Assembly: GCA_040755855.1 (NCBI GenBank)
Contig: JBFMAD010000003.1
Coordinates: forward strand, 128,001 to 192,000
Length of the DNA: 64,000 nucleotides
Direction of reading: 5' to 3'
Origin: Planctomycetota bacterium
Lineage (GTDB): Bacteria > Planctomycetota > Brocadiia > JAADGH01
Part shown: positions 36,901 to 46,496 of the stretch, one piece after another
How the letters are laid out: each line of letters begins with the position of its first letter
Position numbering within the stretch: position 1 is the first letter of the stretch
Translations under genes and position numbers: made by a program
The notes under the pieces: model-generated
What the model was told of the DNA's origin: nothing
Databases searched by the model: none
The model's input: the letters and a program-made list of their open reading frames with translations, nothing else

Positions 36901-37628
36901 AGCCGCTTGCAGATCGCGTGGAGTATCTGGGCGACCGGAAGTTCAAGCTGCTGGTCAACTGGCAGGCGGAGCGACCCGCGCCGAAGGACCTGCACATCTT
37001 TGTCCACTTCGACAGCCCCCAGGCCGAGAGCAAGGGCAAGATCGCCTTCCAGGGCGATCACACGCCGAAGCCGGGAACGAGCACGTGGAAGGGCCGCATC
37101 ACGACGGGGGCGGACAAGGTCGTCACGATCCCCGAGGGCCAAGGGCCGGGCGAGTATCAGATCACGACCGGCCTGTGGGAGCCGGGGGGTAAACGGTATG
37201 GCCTTCGCGGCGACGACACGGGCGGAAGCCGCTATCTCCTGGGCAAGTTGATCGTGGAGGGAGAAGGGACAAGTATCAAGGGGGTCCGTCTCGTCAAGCA
37301 CGAGCCAAAACCTGAGCCGCCTCCGCGCCGCAATGTGGACAAGAAATCCATCAACTTCGGACCTGTGACATCGTGCGGGGCGTTCCGGTGGACGGTGAAG
37401 GAGGACATGATCATCCTCACCCCCCTGCCGGATATGGATCCTTTCGATGTGACGCTCATGCTCGACAAGATAACCGGCGGCAGGGACATGCGTGCGCAAT
37501 CGGTCACGGCGGTGGATGCATCCGGGAAGCAGACCCGGCCCCTTCAACCACAACAGACAGGCACTGCGCTAATGTTCCGGACGGTCAAGGGCGATTTCGC
37601 GTATCAGATCGTGCTCATAGGAAACTGA
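33930..37628 (+). CDS. Large exported glycoside hydrolase-like protein (GH101/GH129/DUF5696-like core)
   Basis: Signal peptide; NPCBM-like SDGVTF...DLSKFAGK domain; WQRWGYD, HDNYID, YFIDVF and TSEAGHD. Confidence 0.6.
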   Translation: MAMKLSRIVLAALIVSGANAVLAFNGHIVTEGPLTLTIGPIEEVTDYDAPRDVEVSLKNSSDFPLKIRLQMRNLVDEWRAVGNAEATVDAKPNEESKTTFRIAAGEGACSALYPVHVYATFEHEGKEIVAHAVQVFESNFKKEVAASTKPAEMETAIVPGHGALPLYPLRSHRVTWCYYDKPLVYMPVGWQGSAPDSRANFARQPVARGVTKPALQMHPPWQPGGGSIFAEYRVKLPDEKPIKLLFANAIRDSAPTEPKSDGVTFSVWIGDEKVFDRHSDSKVWLDGEADLSKFAGKEVLLRLESHPGPNRNTTCDSCYWGEPVVVAGEPPAQLTDEQRATLRERARKAVGATKGAGDDELVFALEDGCVAAIVLGVKGLADAAIAFGKENQSVVFDGLSIEVLQHKVGQWPSQIALREVKVDKPWLFGNAKITHRVQLGDERFDVTAELWQEKAGLRVRVTSPKRITDIALGPADRKAPKVYYGHGYCIVEPEAFSAGFGGHNLATSHVGFEFENGVSLLTACDSPPDRLEVNPDQNIYALHTHMDTMFTFVPSVKSALDCAIKYRPMYDKKAAGGVKRKAGRFVFDIWGGRYAEIAERMQRAIDYGLTDSLLTVHNWQRWGYDYRLPDIYPPNPQFGSLKDMQKIAEVCKKHDIPWGLHDNYIDFYPDAEEYTYNHICFTEGGGQPIKAWINEGRDAQSYRWRPDCIMPFVKRNLKLVKPNLGPSHYFIDVFTSAKCFDFYDRAGDFHPSTETRKCWGEAFAWIRDYLGGNAPTTSEAGHDQLIGYLDGADCQHLQLTRDTHPPGKRHWFYIRLLQKDWERVPWFDAVLHDKFSLHGVGYSGRYQGDRSRRDHGIESDDYISAEILFGHAMMTDSAAFGQGAVRKYWLAQDFIHSIALDEIVDAQFVDNDIHRQIVIWKSGAKVCVNRSEKDWTIEGKVLPQYGYYAKNGEIESSIERIGGVIVEQSRGPSGFYVNGRGYDTDDRLRIQPLADRVEYLGDRKFKLLVNWQAERPAPKDLHIFVHFDSPQAESKGKIAFQGDHTPKPGTSTWKGRITTGADKVVTIPEGQGPGEYQITTGLWEPGGKRYGLRGDDTGGSRYLLGKLIVEGEGTSIKGVRLVKHEPKPEPPPRRNVDKKSINFGPVTSCGAFRWTVKEDMIILTPLPDMDPFDVTLMLDKITGGRDMRAQSVTAVDASGKQTRPLQPQQTGTALMFRTVKGDFAYQIVLIGN

Positions 37629-37635
37629 CGGGCCG

Positions 37636-37660
37636 ACACGGGGGTGCCCCCTTGTTTTTT
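37636..37660 (+). terminator. Intrinsic terminator
   Basis: ACACGGGG-GTGC-CCCCTTGT followed by a T tract, just after the 37628 stop. Confidence 0.55.
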
Positions 37661-37730
37661 GCGGCGAGAGCGGTTATCTTATATATAAGTTTGTGTCCAG
37701 AGCAGCGGATATAGAAGGAGGAAGGCAAGC

Positions 37731-38189
37731 GTGATCAAAATCGAACGAATTCTGTTTCCGACGGATTTTTCCGCGTGCTCCGAGCATGCCCTGAAGTATG
37801 CGCTTGAGCTTGCAAGACGGTTCGAGGCCAAGCTGTATCTTCTGCACGTACTGGACACTCGAATCTATGGCCATCTGGAGCCATTTGCGAACACCGTATG
37901 GTCAATCTACGACGCCAAAGAGCAGGCGGCGAAGAGCATAGCGGAGATTATTCCCGAGAAGGAGCGAAAGGCCCTCCAGGTGGAGAGCCTGGTCCGTGAG
38001 GGGACGCCCTTTGTGGAGATCATCAAATTCGCCAAGGAGGCGGAAATTGATTTGATTGTTATTGGAACTCACGGGCGAACGGGGTTGACTCACATGCTCA
38101 TGGGCAGCGTTGCCGAAAAGGTGGTTCGGAAGGCGCCGTGTCCCGTCCTGACAATCCGCCCCGACAACGTGGATTTCGTGATGCCGTAA
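37731..38189 (+). CDS. Universal stress protein
   Basis: ILFPTDFS, IVIGTHGRTG and MGSVAEKVVRKAPCPVL. Confidence 0.95.
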   Translation: MIKIERILFPTDFSACSEHALKYALELARRFEAKLYLLHVLDTRIYGHLEPFANTVWSIYDAKEQAAKSIAEIIPEKERKALQVESLVREGTPFVEIIKFAKEAEIDLIVIGTHGRTGLTHMLMGSVAEKVVRKAPCPVLTIRPDNVDFVMP

Positions 38190-38239
38190 TCGCCGCGACC
38201 GTCTGCGGCGATGGACACACTGGGATATGGATGTGAATC

Positions 38240-40336
38240 ATGCTTGATAATTTCTTCCTGCCCCGTTCGGTGGCCGTGATCGGGGCATCGCGGGAGAAGG
38301 GCAAGGTCGGCCACGATATACTGAAGAATCTCGTCGAGAGCAGCTACACCGGAAAGATCTTTCCCATCAATCCCAAGGCAAGGGAAATCCTTGGGTTGGA
38401 AACCTATGCCAGCGCGCTGGAAACGCCGGACGACATTGATCTGGCGGTGGTGGTCATTCCGCCGAAGTTTGTCCTGCCCACGCTGGACGAGATGGGGAAG
38501 AAGCGAGTCCCCGCTGCCATCATCATCACCGCCGGGTTTAAAGAAAGCGGCGTGGAGGGCGGCGCCCTCGAACGGGAAGTCGCCAGGAAGTGCAAGGCCC
38601 ACGGAATCCGCGTGATGGGGCCGAACTGTCTGGGCCTGATCAACACGGCCATCGGCCTGAACGCGTCGTTTGCGCCGGCGACGCCGTCGCGGGGGAATAT
38701 CGCCTTCTTCTCCCAGTCCGGAGCACTGTGCACGGCCATTCTCGACTGGGCGCTTGGGGCGGACATTGGCTTCTCGAAATTCGTCAGCCTCGGCAATAAG
38801 ATGGACGTGGACGAGGTGGATCTGCTCCGATCCCTCGCCGACGACAAGGAAACGGAGGTTATCCTCGGCTATGTCGAGGGGGTGAAGGACGGCGTGGAGT
38901 TCATGCGTGTGGCCGAGGCCGTGTCGAGGAAAAAACCGATTATCATTGCCAAGTCCGGAGGCACTGCGGCCGGCGCGAAGGCGGCGTCCTCGCATACGGG
39001 GTCGCTGGCAGGGTCGGAAACGGCCTTCACCGCCGCGTTTCGCCAGTCGGGAATTATTCGGGCAAAAAGCATTCAGGACCTGTTCGACTACGCACTGGGG
39101 TTCGCCTACCAGGGCGCGCCGAAGGGGCCTCGCGTCTCTCTGATCACCAACGCGGGCGGGCCGGGCATCATCGCCGCCGACGCCGTCGAGCGTTCCGGTT
39201 TGCGTATGGCGGAGCTCCAGAAGGAGACCATTGACAAACTGCGTGGAGGATTACCCCCCACCGCCGCGCTCTACAACCCTGTGGATGTGATCGGCGACGC
39301 CAAGGCGGATCGCTACGAGATCGCCCTCCGCGCCGTGCTGGAGGATGAACATGTGGACTGCGTTGTCGTCATCCTAACGCCGCAGGCCATGACCGAAGTG
39401 GAGGAGACGGCGCGAGTCGTGGCGCGGCTGGCGGCAGAAACGGAGAAGCCGGTCGTAACCACATTCATCGGCGGCCCGACAATGGATAAGGCCGAGAAGG
39501 TGCTGAACGAGGCGCATGTACCGAACTACGCCTTTCCCGAGAACGCCGTCTCGGCGCTGGATGCATCGTACCGTTATTGTCAGTGGCGCTCCATGCCGCG
39601 GACCAAGCCGCAGCCGCTTGAGGCAAACCAGGGGAAGGTCGCGGACTTCCTCGCCGCGGCGCGCCAAACCAAACGCTTCGAACTTGGGGAATCGGATGCG
39701 CGCGAGATCATTGCGGCCTATGGGTTCCGGGTTCCCAAGAGCATCATTGCCGGCACGCGCGAGGAGGCCGTTGCAGCGGCGAAGGAGGTCGGCTATCCTT
39801 TGGTCATGAAGATAGCCTCCCCGGACATCCTGCACAAGTCCGACATCGGCGGCGTGCGGGTGGGAGTGGCAGACGATGAGGAAGTGGTTCGCACATTCGG
39901 GCAGATGTACGAGAATGCGCGCCATCGCATGCCCGAAGCGGAGATTTATGGCATTGCCATGCAGGAGATGATCCGTGGAGGCAAGGAAGTCATCCTCGGC
40001 ATGAAGCGCGACAGTCAGTTCGGCCCCATGCTGATGTTCGGGCTGGGGGGCATTTATGTGGAAGTGCTGAAGGATGTTTCTTTCCGAATTGCGCCGATTA
40101 CTGTGGAAGATGCTGAGGATATGATCCGGGAGATTCGCTCGTATGCGCTCCTGCGGGGTGTGCGGGGGGAACAACCGGCAGACCTGGCTGCGGTCAGGGA
40201 ATCCTTGCTGCGCCTGTCGCAGCTGGTCACATCGAACCCGCAGATTATCGAGTTGGATATCAATCCCCTCGTCGTGTTCGCCGAGGGGGAGGGGGCCATC
40301 GCCATTGACGCGCGCCTGACCATAGAAGGAGAATAG
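38240..40336 (+). CDS. ADP-forming acetate/acyl-CoA ligase (fused alpha-beta)
   Basis: VAVIGAS, GPNCLG, SQSGAL, SHTGSLAG, TNAGGPG, LHKSDIGGV and ELDINP; no GNAT domain. Confidence 0.92.
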   Translation: MLDNFFLPRSVAVIGASREKGKVGHDILKNLVESSYTGKIFPINPKAREILGLETYASALETPDDIDLAVVVIPPKFVLPTLDEMGKKRVPAAIIITAGFKESGVEGGALEREVARKCKAHGIRVMGPNCLGLINTAIGLNASFAPATPSRGNIAFFSQSGALCTAILDWALGADIGFSKFVSLGNKMDVDEVDLLRSLADDKETEVILGYVEGVKDGVEFMRVAEAVSRKKPIIIAKSGGTAAGAKAASSHTGSLAGSETAFTAAFRQSGIIRAKSIQDLFDYALGFAYQGAPKGPRVSLITNAGGPGIIAADAVERSGLRMAELQKETIDKLRGGLPPTAALYNPVDVIGDAKADRYEIALRAVLEDEHVDCVVVILTPQAMTEVEETARVVARLAAETEKPVVTTFIGGPTMDKAEKVLNEAHVPNYAFPENAVSALDASYRYCQWRSMPRTKPQPLEANQGKVADFLAAARQTKRFELGESDAREIIAAYGFRVPKSIIAGTREEAVAAAKEVGYPLVMKIASPDILHKSDIGGVRVGVADDEEVVRTFGQMYENARHRMPEAEIYGIAMQEMIRGGKEVILGMKRDSQFGPMLMFGLGGIYVEVLKDVSFRIAPITVEDAEDMIREIRSYALLRGVRGEQPADLAAVRESLLRLSQLVTSNPQIIELDINPLVVFAEGEGAIAIDARLTIEGE

Positions 40337-40337
40337 G

Positions 40338-41408
40338 ATGATACCGCTCTTTGTCGGTTCGCTGTCGAGCTACGCAGGGAAAAACATGATCGGGCTGGGG
40401 CTAAGCCTGAAATTCAAGGACGATGGCTATCGGGTTGGATACTTCAAGCCCATCGGGGTCCAGCCGACGCGGGTGGAGAACGTCATTACAGACGAAGACA
40501 CGAAATTCTTCCGTGAGGCGCTGGACCTGACCGATCCGATGGAAAGTCTATGTCCCATTGTGCTGACCGAAAGCATCATCAACAAGGTGTTTTCAGGGAC
40601 GTTCACCGACGCCATGGCCAAGATCCGCAAGGCTTTTGATACTGTTTCAAAAGACAAGGACATTGTGCTCATCGGCGGTGTGGGCGACCTGGACCTGGGC
40701 ATGGCCATCAACGCCTCCGGCGCGCAGATCATCGAGGCGCTCGATGCGAAGGCGATCATGGTGACCAAGTTCCTGGACATGGTTTTCTGCACCGACCGCA
40801 GCCTGTCCACAAAGGAACACCTGGGCGATCGGCTGATTGGAATCGTCGTTAACCGGGCCACGCGACGGCAGAGTCAGATACTGGAGGACAAAATTGTTCC
40901 CTTCCTCGCCACGAGGGGCGTGGATATGCTGGGCGTCATCCGCGAGGACCCGCTTCTGGGCGCCGTGCCGGTCAGCGAATTGGTGGAGCGTCTGAACGCG
41001 AAGGTGCTTTGCGGGGGAGGGCATCTCGACGCCCTGGTGGAGCGCTTCAGCATCGGGGCCATGAACGTCGAGAGCGCGCTCCGCTTCTTCCAGCGCCAGC
41101 CGAACAAAGGGGTGATCGTCGGCGGGGATCGGCCCGACATTCAACTGGCCGCGCTGGAAACATCCACGCGCTGCCTCATTCTGACGGGCGACCTATATCC
41201 CAACGAGATCATCCTCGCGAAGGCGGAGGAGAAGGAGGTCCCGGTTCTCCTTGTGAAAAGCGACACCGCGATGACGGTTGAGGAATGCGAGGACTTGACC
41301 GGCCATCTCAGCCTTCGCAGCATGGAGAAAGTACGCCGGGTTTCCGAGGTGGTCAAGGAGAGTATCAACCTCGATCTCGTCTACGAGAAGCTCGGTCTCG
41401 ACAAGTAA
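40338..41408 (+). CDS. BioD-like/DRTGG phosphotransacetylase N-terminal-like protein
   Basis: SYAGKN, GYFKPIG, IGAM, GGDRPDIQLAAL and LILTG; lacks the PTA catalytic domain. Confidence 0.88.
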   Translation: MIPLFVGSLSSYAGKNMIGLGLSLKFKDDGYRVGYFKPIGVQPTRVENVITDEDTKFFREALDLTDPMESLCPIVLTESIINKVFSGTFTDAMAKIRKAFDTVSKDKDIVLIGGVGDLDLGMAINASGAQIIEALDAKAIMVTKFLDMVFCTDRSLSTKEHLGDRLIGIVVNRATRRQSQILEDKIVPFLATRGVDMLGVIREDPLLGAVPVSELVERLNAKVLCGGGHLDALVERFSIGAMNVESALRFFQRQPNKGVIVGGDRPDIQLAALETSTRCLILTGDLYPNEIILAKAEEKEVPVLLVKSDTAMTVEECEDLTGHLSLRSMEKVRRVSEVVKESINLDLVYEKLGLDK

Positions 41409-41421
41409 GGAATATGGGTTC

Positions 41422-43590
41422 ATGAACGGATCGAGTTTGCGCGCCTTATCCCTGTTCGTTTTGCTCATCTTCGGTCTCGGCGCTCTCCCTGCCCAGGAGG
41501 GCACAAGGTCCTCCACTGACAGGCAGCGCCCGCATCTCCGCGCCGGCGAATTGCTGGAGTCCACCGTCGGGGGCCGATATGAGACCCGGCAAATCCTGGC
41601 CATGCGGCCCGAAGACTTCGACTCGAAGGACATTCAGTACTATCGCACCCTGTCGCTTACAAAGAAGTTTAAAGACATCAACGAGGAGTTTGACTGCAAC
41701 TACACCCTCTTCCGCTATGCCCTCGCCCGCCTCGCGGCCACGACGGACGACCCGCATGTCGAAAGGGAATTCAAGGAACGCTACCTTGCCTTTCAGGACC
41801 TGTGCCGCCGCCTTTCTCAAAAACACGCCTTCGCCGACGTGTGGCAGGAGGAGAAGGCGGAGTGGGTGAAGGACCCGTACGAGGTCTACAGGCACTTTCT
41901 CATGGTGTACCTCGATGAGCTGGCTGCTCAACTTGACGTCCGTGAAAACTTGGATGGGGCGAAGTCGCCATACACCATTGCCGAGGATTACATCCGCTAC
42001 CCGAGCGAGACAAACAAGCAGCAGCTCAAGCAGCTTTACTTCTCCATCAGCCAGTACTTCCAGAGCAGCAACTACACCTGGACCCGCTATATTGACAAAT
42101 ACCGGTTCCAGGCGGCCCGTCAGAGGCTCTTCGTCGAGGAATGGGAGCGGGAACTGAAACGTTACCAGGAGCTGCTCCACAGGCGGGAAGATACCCCCGG
42201 CTACCGTCAGTCCCTGCGGCTGGCCGAGGAGAGCGTACGCTTCGCCTACCATCGGCTAAAGAAGGAAGGGCGGACCAATTGCCTGCCCTATTTTTCAAAG
42301 GTAAACACCTTCTATCTCTCCGATACGGTTGACGATTACCTCAAGAAGGCGGCGGAGGAGACGGAACTCGAGAAACAACGCCACGACCGACGCAACAAAG
42401 AGGAAGTGGTGATCTTCATTCACGGTCTCGGCGAGGACCGCGCCTGTTGGGGAGAGTTCCCCGAATTACTTGCGATGGAAGACGTGGCCGACCCGACGCT
42501 GAACAAGCATTACCACGTCTATGTCTTCCAGTACGCCACGCAGGAAAAATCAAAAGGCGTGGAAGACTTCGTCCCGGAACTGGCGGGATTCATCGCGCAG
42601 ATCAAGCGCGAAGAAAAGGCAGAGAAGGTAACACTCATCGGCCACAGCTTCGGCGGGGTGATCGCCCTCCGCTACCTCGTCGGCAAGGACCCGGAAACGG
42701 GGAGGCCCTGGCGTGAGAACGTGGACCGTTTCGTGGGGATCGCGCCGTCCCTGCACGGGAGCCATCTGGCGAATGTGGTCGTCGGCATATTCCGGGAAAA
42801 GGAGAAGAAGTTCGAGCGCAACCTGCCGCTGTTCGCCAAGGGGATGCCCTTCGTTGGGAGAATGGGAGACCTCCAAATCGTCGAAAACCAGATCGGCAGT
42901 GAGGTGAATCTGACATCCTTCGCCGCTCTCGACCGCGAAAGGCGCCTGGAGGGTATCCGAACTCTAACCATCATCGGCGACCCGTGGAACCCGCTCGACG
43001 TCTTCCTCCCCAGCGGGCGCAGCGAGGACGACGACCTCGTGAAAACCTTCAGCGCCAACCCGAATCACGTCTTCCTCGACGGGCCGTCGGCGGACAAGAA
43101 CATCGGGTACGCCGGCGCGCAGGTGCGATACACGGACAAAACCCATTTTCCCAGCATCAAGGCCATGGACCGCCAACACATCAGCTACCGATACGTGAGT
43201 TCCTTCCTCAAGGGCGATCTTCTGCCCCAGCAGGAAGCCGAGGAACACAAGGTCAAATACTTTCTCATCGCCCTCCGCGTGTTCCCGGCGAAATACGCCG
43301 ATTCCGATCGCCCATTCCTGCCGGACAAACAGCGGAGTCCAACGGGGGAGTTGCTTCTGCCGCCGTTGAAGGTCGAGATATCCGGGGCGCGCTCCGTCGA
43401 GTTCCACGAGCGCCAATGGAACCTCGCCACGGGCGTGTTCTTCGTGGAGGGACACATCAAACGGCCAAACGTCGAGGAAGGGGTTAGAGTGCGGTTATCC
43501 GCCGAGGGCTATGAAACCAAGGACATGCTGATTCCCGTCCGATCCGGCCAAACCACCTACGCTGTCAATCTCATCGTCAATCCACAGTGA
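41422..43590 (+). CDS. Exported alpha/beta hydrolase with long helical N-terminal region
   Basis: Signal peptide; VIFIHGLG, LIGHSFGG, DDLV and TH; C-terminal beta domain (AEGYE). Confidence 0.72.
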   Translation: MNGSSLRALSLFVLLIFGLGALPAQEGTRSSTDRQRPHLRAGELLESTVGGRYETRQILAMRPEDFDSKDIQYYRTLSLTKKFKDINEEFDCNYTLFRYALARLAATTDDPHVEREFKERYLAFQDLCRRLSQKHAFADVWQEEKAEWVKDPYEVYRHFLMVYLDELAAQLDVRENLDGAKSPYTIAEDYIRYPSETNKQQLKQLYFSISQYFQSSNYTWTRYIDKYRFQAARQRLFVEEWERELKRYQELLHRREDTPGYRQSLRLAEESVRFAYHRLKKEGRTNCLPYFSKVNTFYLSDTVDDYLKKAAEETELEKQRHDRRNKEEVVIFIHGLGEDRACWGEFPELLAMEDVADPTLNKHYHVYVFQYATQEKSKGVEDFVPELAGFIAQIKREEKAEKVTLIGHSFGGVIALRYLVGKDPETGRPWRENVDRFVGIAPSLHGSHLANVVVGIFREKEKKFERNLPLFAKGMPFVGRMGDLQIVENQIGSEVNLTSFAALDRERRLEGIRTLTIIGDPWNPLDVFLPSGRSEDDDLVKTFSANPNHVFLDGPSADKNIGYAGAQVRYTDKTHFPSIKAMDRQHISYRYVSSFLKGDLLPQQEAEEHKVKYFLIALRVFPAKYADSDRPFLPDKQRSPTGELLLPPLKVEISGARSVEFHERQWNLATGVFFVEGHIKRPNVEEGVRVRLSAEGYETKDMLIPVRSGQTTYAVNLIVNPQ

Positions 43591-45412
43591 CGTTGCCCCT
43601 TGGCGCCGGTTGTACGCGAAGGCGTTCGTCGGTTGAGACGAGTTTATCAATCCTCTTTACGTGCTCGGATTTGCCGAGAATATCCCGCGCCTCGGCAAAC
43701 CGCGCCCGGGCCTCGGCCAGGAGATTCCGGTCCGTCTCGGTCTGCAGAAAGGCATAGTAGCTGCAGACACCCATATAGAACGTCGTCAGCCCGATCTGCT
43801 CCTTGCGGACCGGTTGCCGGCAGGGCTCGGCTGCTTTGCTCAACCACTCCTGTAGGAACGCCAACCGCCCTCGCGTCTCGGCAAGTAGGTCAATAGCGCC
43901 AATGGCGCCGATCTCGCGGAGGGTAGTGTCCATGTCGTTTGCGATGGAGTGCAGCGGCGATGGGATGCTGCGGCTCGTGTGGGCCCACTTGATTGCCTCG
44001 ACCAATTCCGCCATGCTTGCTTGCAGGAATGCGGGGTCGTTGCTTTGCCAATACCGAAAGTAGTAAACCATCCCCAGGTTCTTGTGGGCGAGGGCATATT
44101 TTGGATCGGCATCAAGCGCCTTTCGAAACGCGTCGAATGCTGCAGGCAGGTTGCTGCGAAAGAGATGGTAGGCGCCGATATTATTGTGCGCAATCGCCAA
44201 GCCGGGCTCTTTCTCCAGGTTGTCGGTCCAGAGGGTGATGGGAGTCTGGTAATCGGCATTACGTATGAGCGTGCCCTGCCCGAGAAGGAGAACCCAAGCC
44301 GCGCCGCCGATGAGCGCCGCGGCGCGAAGGACTCGACCGCGTTGGGCCAAGGCGGACAGGGATATGGCGGCCAGAAAGAGGAACCCGAACGATGGGAGGT
44401 AGGTGCGGTACTCGCAGAGGATGGCTTTGCGGGGGATAATGGTAGAGGACGCTGAGATGGTAACGAAGAACCACAGCACGGCGAACGAGAAGATGGGGTA
44501 GCGTCGCAGCGCAAGCAACGCAGCGGCAATCAGCAATGCCAACAGGACGATTGCCGCGACGGCCGTAGCGTCCCAGATGGTCTCGATGGCGTCCACTATG
44601 TATTCAATCCGCAGGCCGGTCGGAAGGATCAAGAGGCGAAGGTATCGGCAGACAGCGACGGACTGCGTCAGAATGTTGGAATAGACGCTGCGGTAGTGGA
44701 ACGGTTGAACCACTTGATTCCATAACAGAAATATGACGCATAAGGCGATGGCAGCCGCGGCGGCGATGAACAATAGGATCGGCTTGAGTCGCTTTTGGAA
44801 GAAGATCGCCTCGTAAAGCACGACGATTCCGGGTAATGTGATGGCAATGGACTTGGAGCCGAGGGCGAGAAGAAAACAAATACCGGCAAGGATGAAACAA
44901 GGCGCGCTCCCGCGGATGTTCCGCGCCAATCGTCCGCGAAGGTAAGACGCGACGGCTAACAGGTAAAAGAACGCGCAGAGGAGCTCGCTGCGACAGGAAA
45001 TCAGGTTGACGGCCATCGTTTGCAGAGGATGGACGGCAAAGGCGATTCCCGTGAGGAAGGGGATTGCCCCATCATGTTCCCGTCCGGCGGCCCGAAGGGT
45101 CAGGTCGGCCACGCCGTAGGCCAGCAGGCAGACGCCGATGTGGATGAGCACATTAACCACATGGTATCCGAAGGGGTCGTCGCCGCCTACCCGGTAATTG
45201 AGAGCGAGGCTGGTACGAAATAGGGGGCGATCGCCGAAGGTCAGGAGGATCCGGGGGATGTTCCGAATCTCATGGATATCCTCATTTCCCTCGACCTCGC
45301 GGAAATCATCGTATTGGAGCGAGTTATAGAAGCTGTTGGAATAGACCGCGAACGCCGCCGCCGCGATGAACGCAAGGGCGAAGACGCGGCGCGTATGGCA
45401 ATTTAGCTCCAT
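43577..45412 (-). CDS. TMTC-like GT-C glycosyltransferase with TPRs
   Basis: YDD, RPL, YHVVNVLIH, AVHP, RSELL, EYRTYLP and LW...AHNNIG TPR. Confidence 0.8.
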   Translation of the reverse strand: MELNCHTRRVFALAFIAAAAFAVYSNSFYNSLQYDDFREVEGNEDIHEIRNIPRILLTFGDRPLFRTSLALNYRVGGDDPFGYHVVNVLIHIGVCLLAYGVADLTLRAAGREHDGAIPFLTGIAFAVHPLQTMAVNLISCRSELLCAFFYLLAVASYLRGRLARNIRGSAPCFILAGICFLLALGSKSIAITLPGIVVLYEAIFFQKRLKPILLFIAAAAAIALCVIFLLWNQVVQPFHYRSVYSNILTQSVAVCRYLRLLILPTGLRIEYIVDAIETIWDATAVAAIVLLALLIAAALLALRRYPIFSFAVLWFFVTISASSTIIPRKAILCEYRTYLPSFGFLFLAAISLSALAQRGRVLRAAALIGGAAWVLLLGQGTLIRNADYQTPITLWTDNLEKEPGLAIAHNNIGAYHLFRSNLPAAFDAFRKALDADPKYALAHKNLGMVYYFRYWQSNDPAFLQASMAELVEAIKWAHTSRSIPSPLHSIANDMDTTLREIGAIGAIDLLAETRGRLAFLQEWLSKAAEPCRQPVRKEQIGLTTFYMGVCSYYAFLQTETDRNLLAEARARFAEARDILGKSEHVKRIDKLVSTDERLRVQPAPRGNVTVD

Positions 45413-45445
45413 TGGGGGTTAAATCCCAGGATGCCGGACGGCCTC

Positions 45446-46396
45446 CTACGAGGGGCTGCCGCAGTGAGATGGCTTCGGCTCGCGCAAGCTGCCGCGGTTG
45501 AGCCTGCGGTTGAAGACACTGCGCGTGAGTCGGCTGTTGCGCTGGTGCGCGTCGCGGCGGTCGTCCTGGACGTAGACAGGCTGAGAGATGAAGGCGCCGA
45601 CGCGCGGGTCCCATTGCGCCATGGCCATCTGCCATCCCTGGTTGTGCGATTTGTAGTAGGGAAAAGGCGTGAGGCTGCCGATTTGCACCTTGCCGGTGAT
45701 TGGGATATCAATATGTTCACCGGGTTGGAGCGTCTTCTGCGTGCCGTCAGCATAGGTGATCGTGATCGGTCCCTTGCTGCCGGCGGCGTTGGTGATTCGG
45801 ATGCCATTTGGGGTTCGATCCACGCGCACGTCGCACCCGGGGCCCTGCTCCCAGCTGACTCCGGCGGAGAACTGCGACGGCAGATACGTTCCCGTCTCTA
45901 CGATCAGCCGATAGCTCCCGCTCCACGTGACCTGAATGGTGCTCGAACATCCGCGTACGGCCGCTACGCCGTCAGGAAGCTCGAACAATGTCTTGGCGGT
46001 GGACTTTGGTTCGATGAAATTCCACACCTTGCCGACGACAATACGAATCCGCCGCTCAACCGCCTCTTGCTGCGCGGCAACCTGCACCTTCGCCATAGGC
46101 GGGTTGATAACGATCAAGGTCTCTTCATCAAGTTTCAACTGGGACCCGTCCTCGAAGAGGACGCTTGCCGTGCCCTTTCGTGTCTGGATCATGTCGGCGT
46201 TGATCAGCGAGCCGTTGCGGATCATCTGTCCCACCTTCACGGGGCGGATGATCTCCTCGCCGCGCTGGATCTGGACCTCCCCCGCGAACTCGGATATCCG
46301 CGCGATGCCCTCCTGACCCGCCGCCACGCCGCAGCAAACCGCAACCAGGATGAATAGGCCCACGAACCGGCTTGTTCTCCCTGCGATTGCTTTCAT
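45446..46396 (-). CDS. FecR-domain exported protein
   Basis: Signal peptide; GEVQI...DMIQT...FEDGSQLKLDEET...AAVRG; GGAGG RBS. Confidence 0.75.
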   Translation of the reverse strand: MKAIAGRTSRFVGLFILVAVCCGVAAGQEGIARISEFAGEVQIQRGEEIIRPVKVGQMIRNGSLINADMIQTRKGTASVLFEDGSQLKLDEETLIVINPPMAKVQVAAQQEAVERRIRIVVGKVWNFIEPKSTAKTLFELPDGVAAVRGCSSTIQVTWSGSYRLIVETGTYLPSQFSAGVSWEQGPGCDVRVDRTPNGIRITNAAGSKGPITITYADGTQKTLQPGEHIDIPITGKVQIGSLTPFPYYKSHNQGWQMAMAQWDPRVGAFISQPVYVQDDRRDAHQRNSRLTRSVFNRRLNRGSLREPKPSHCGSPS

Positions 46397-46496
46397 TTCC
46401 ATTCCTCCTTTGTACATAAACGAAAGCAATTCCTGGGGGTCTTATTTAATTGTAACATATGAATTGCCATTTAGTCGGAAAAATTAAAAATAATTT

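Noticed and set aside
38240..40336. Protein lysine acetyltransferase (Pat/Pka)
   Set aside because: No GNAT domain, and the catalytic His is retained.
46449..46460. Shared regulator site with 7188 (TGTAACATAT)
   Set aside because: Single copy, better explained as a minus-strand extended -10 (TGnTACAAT).
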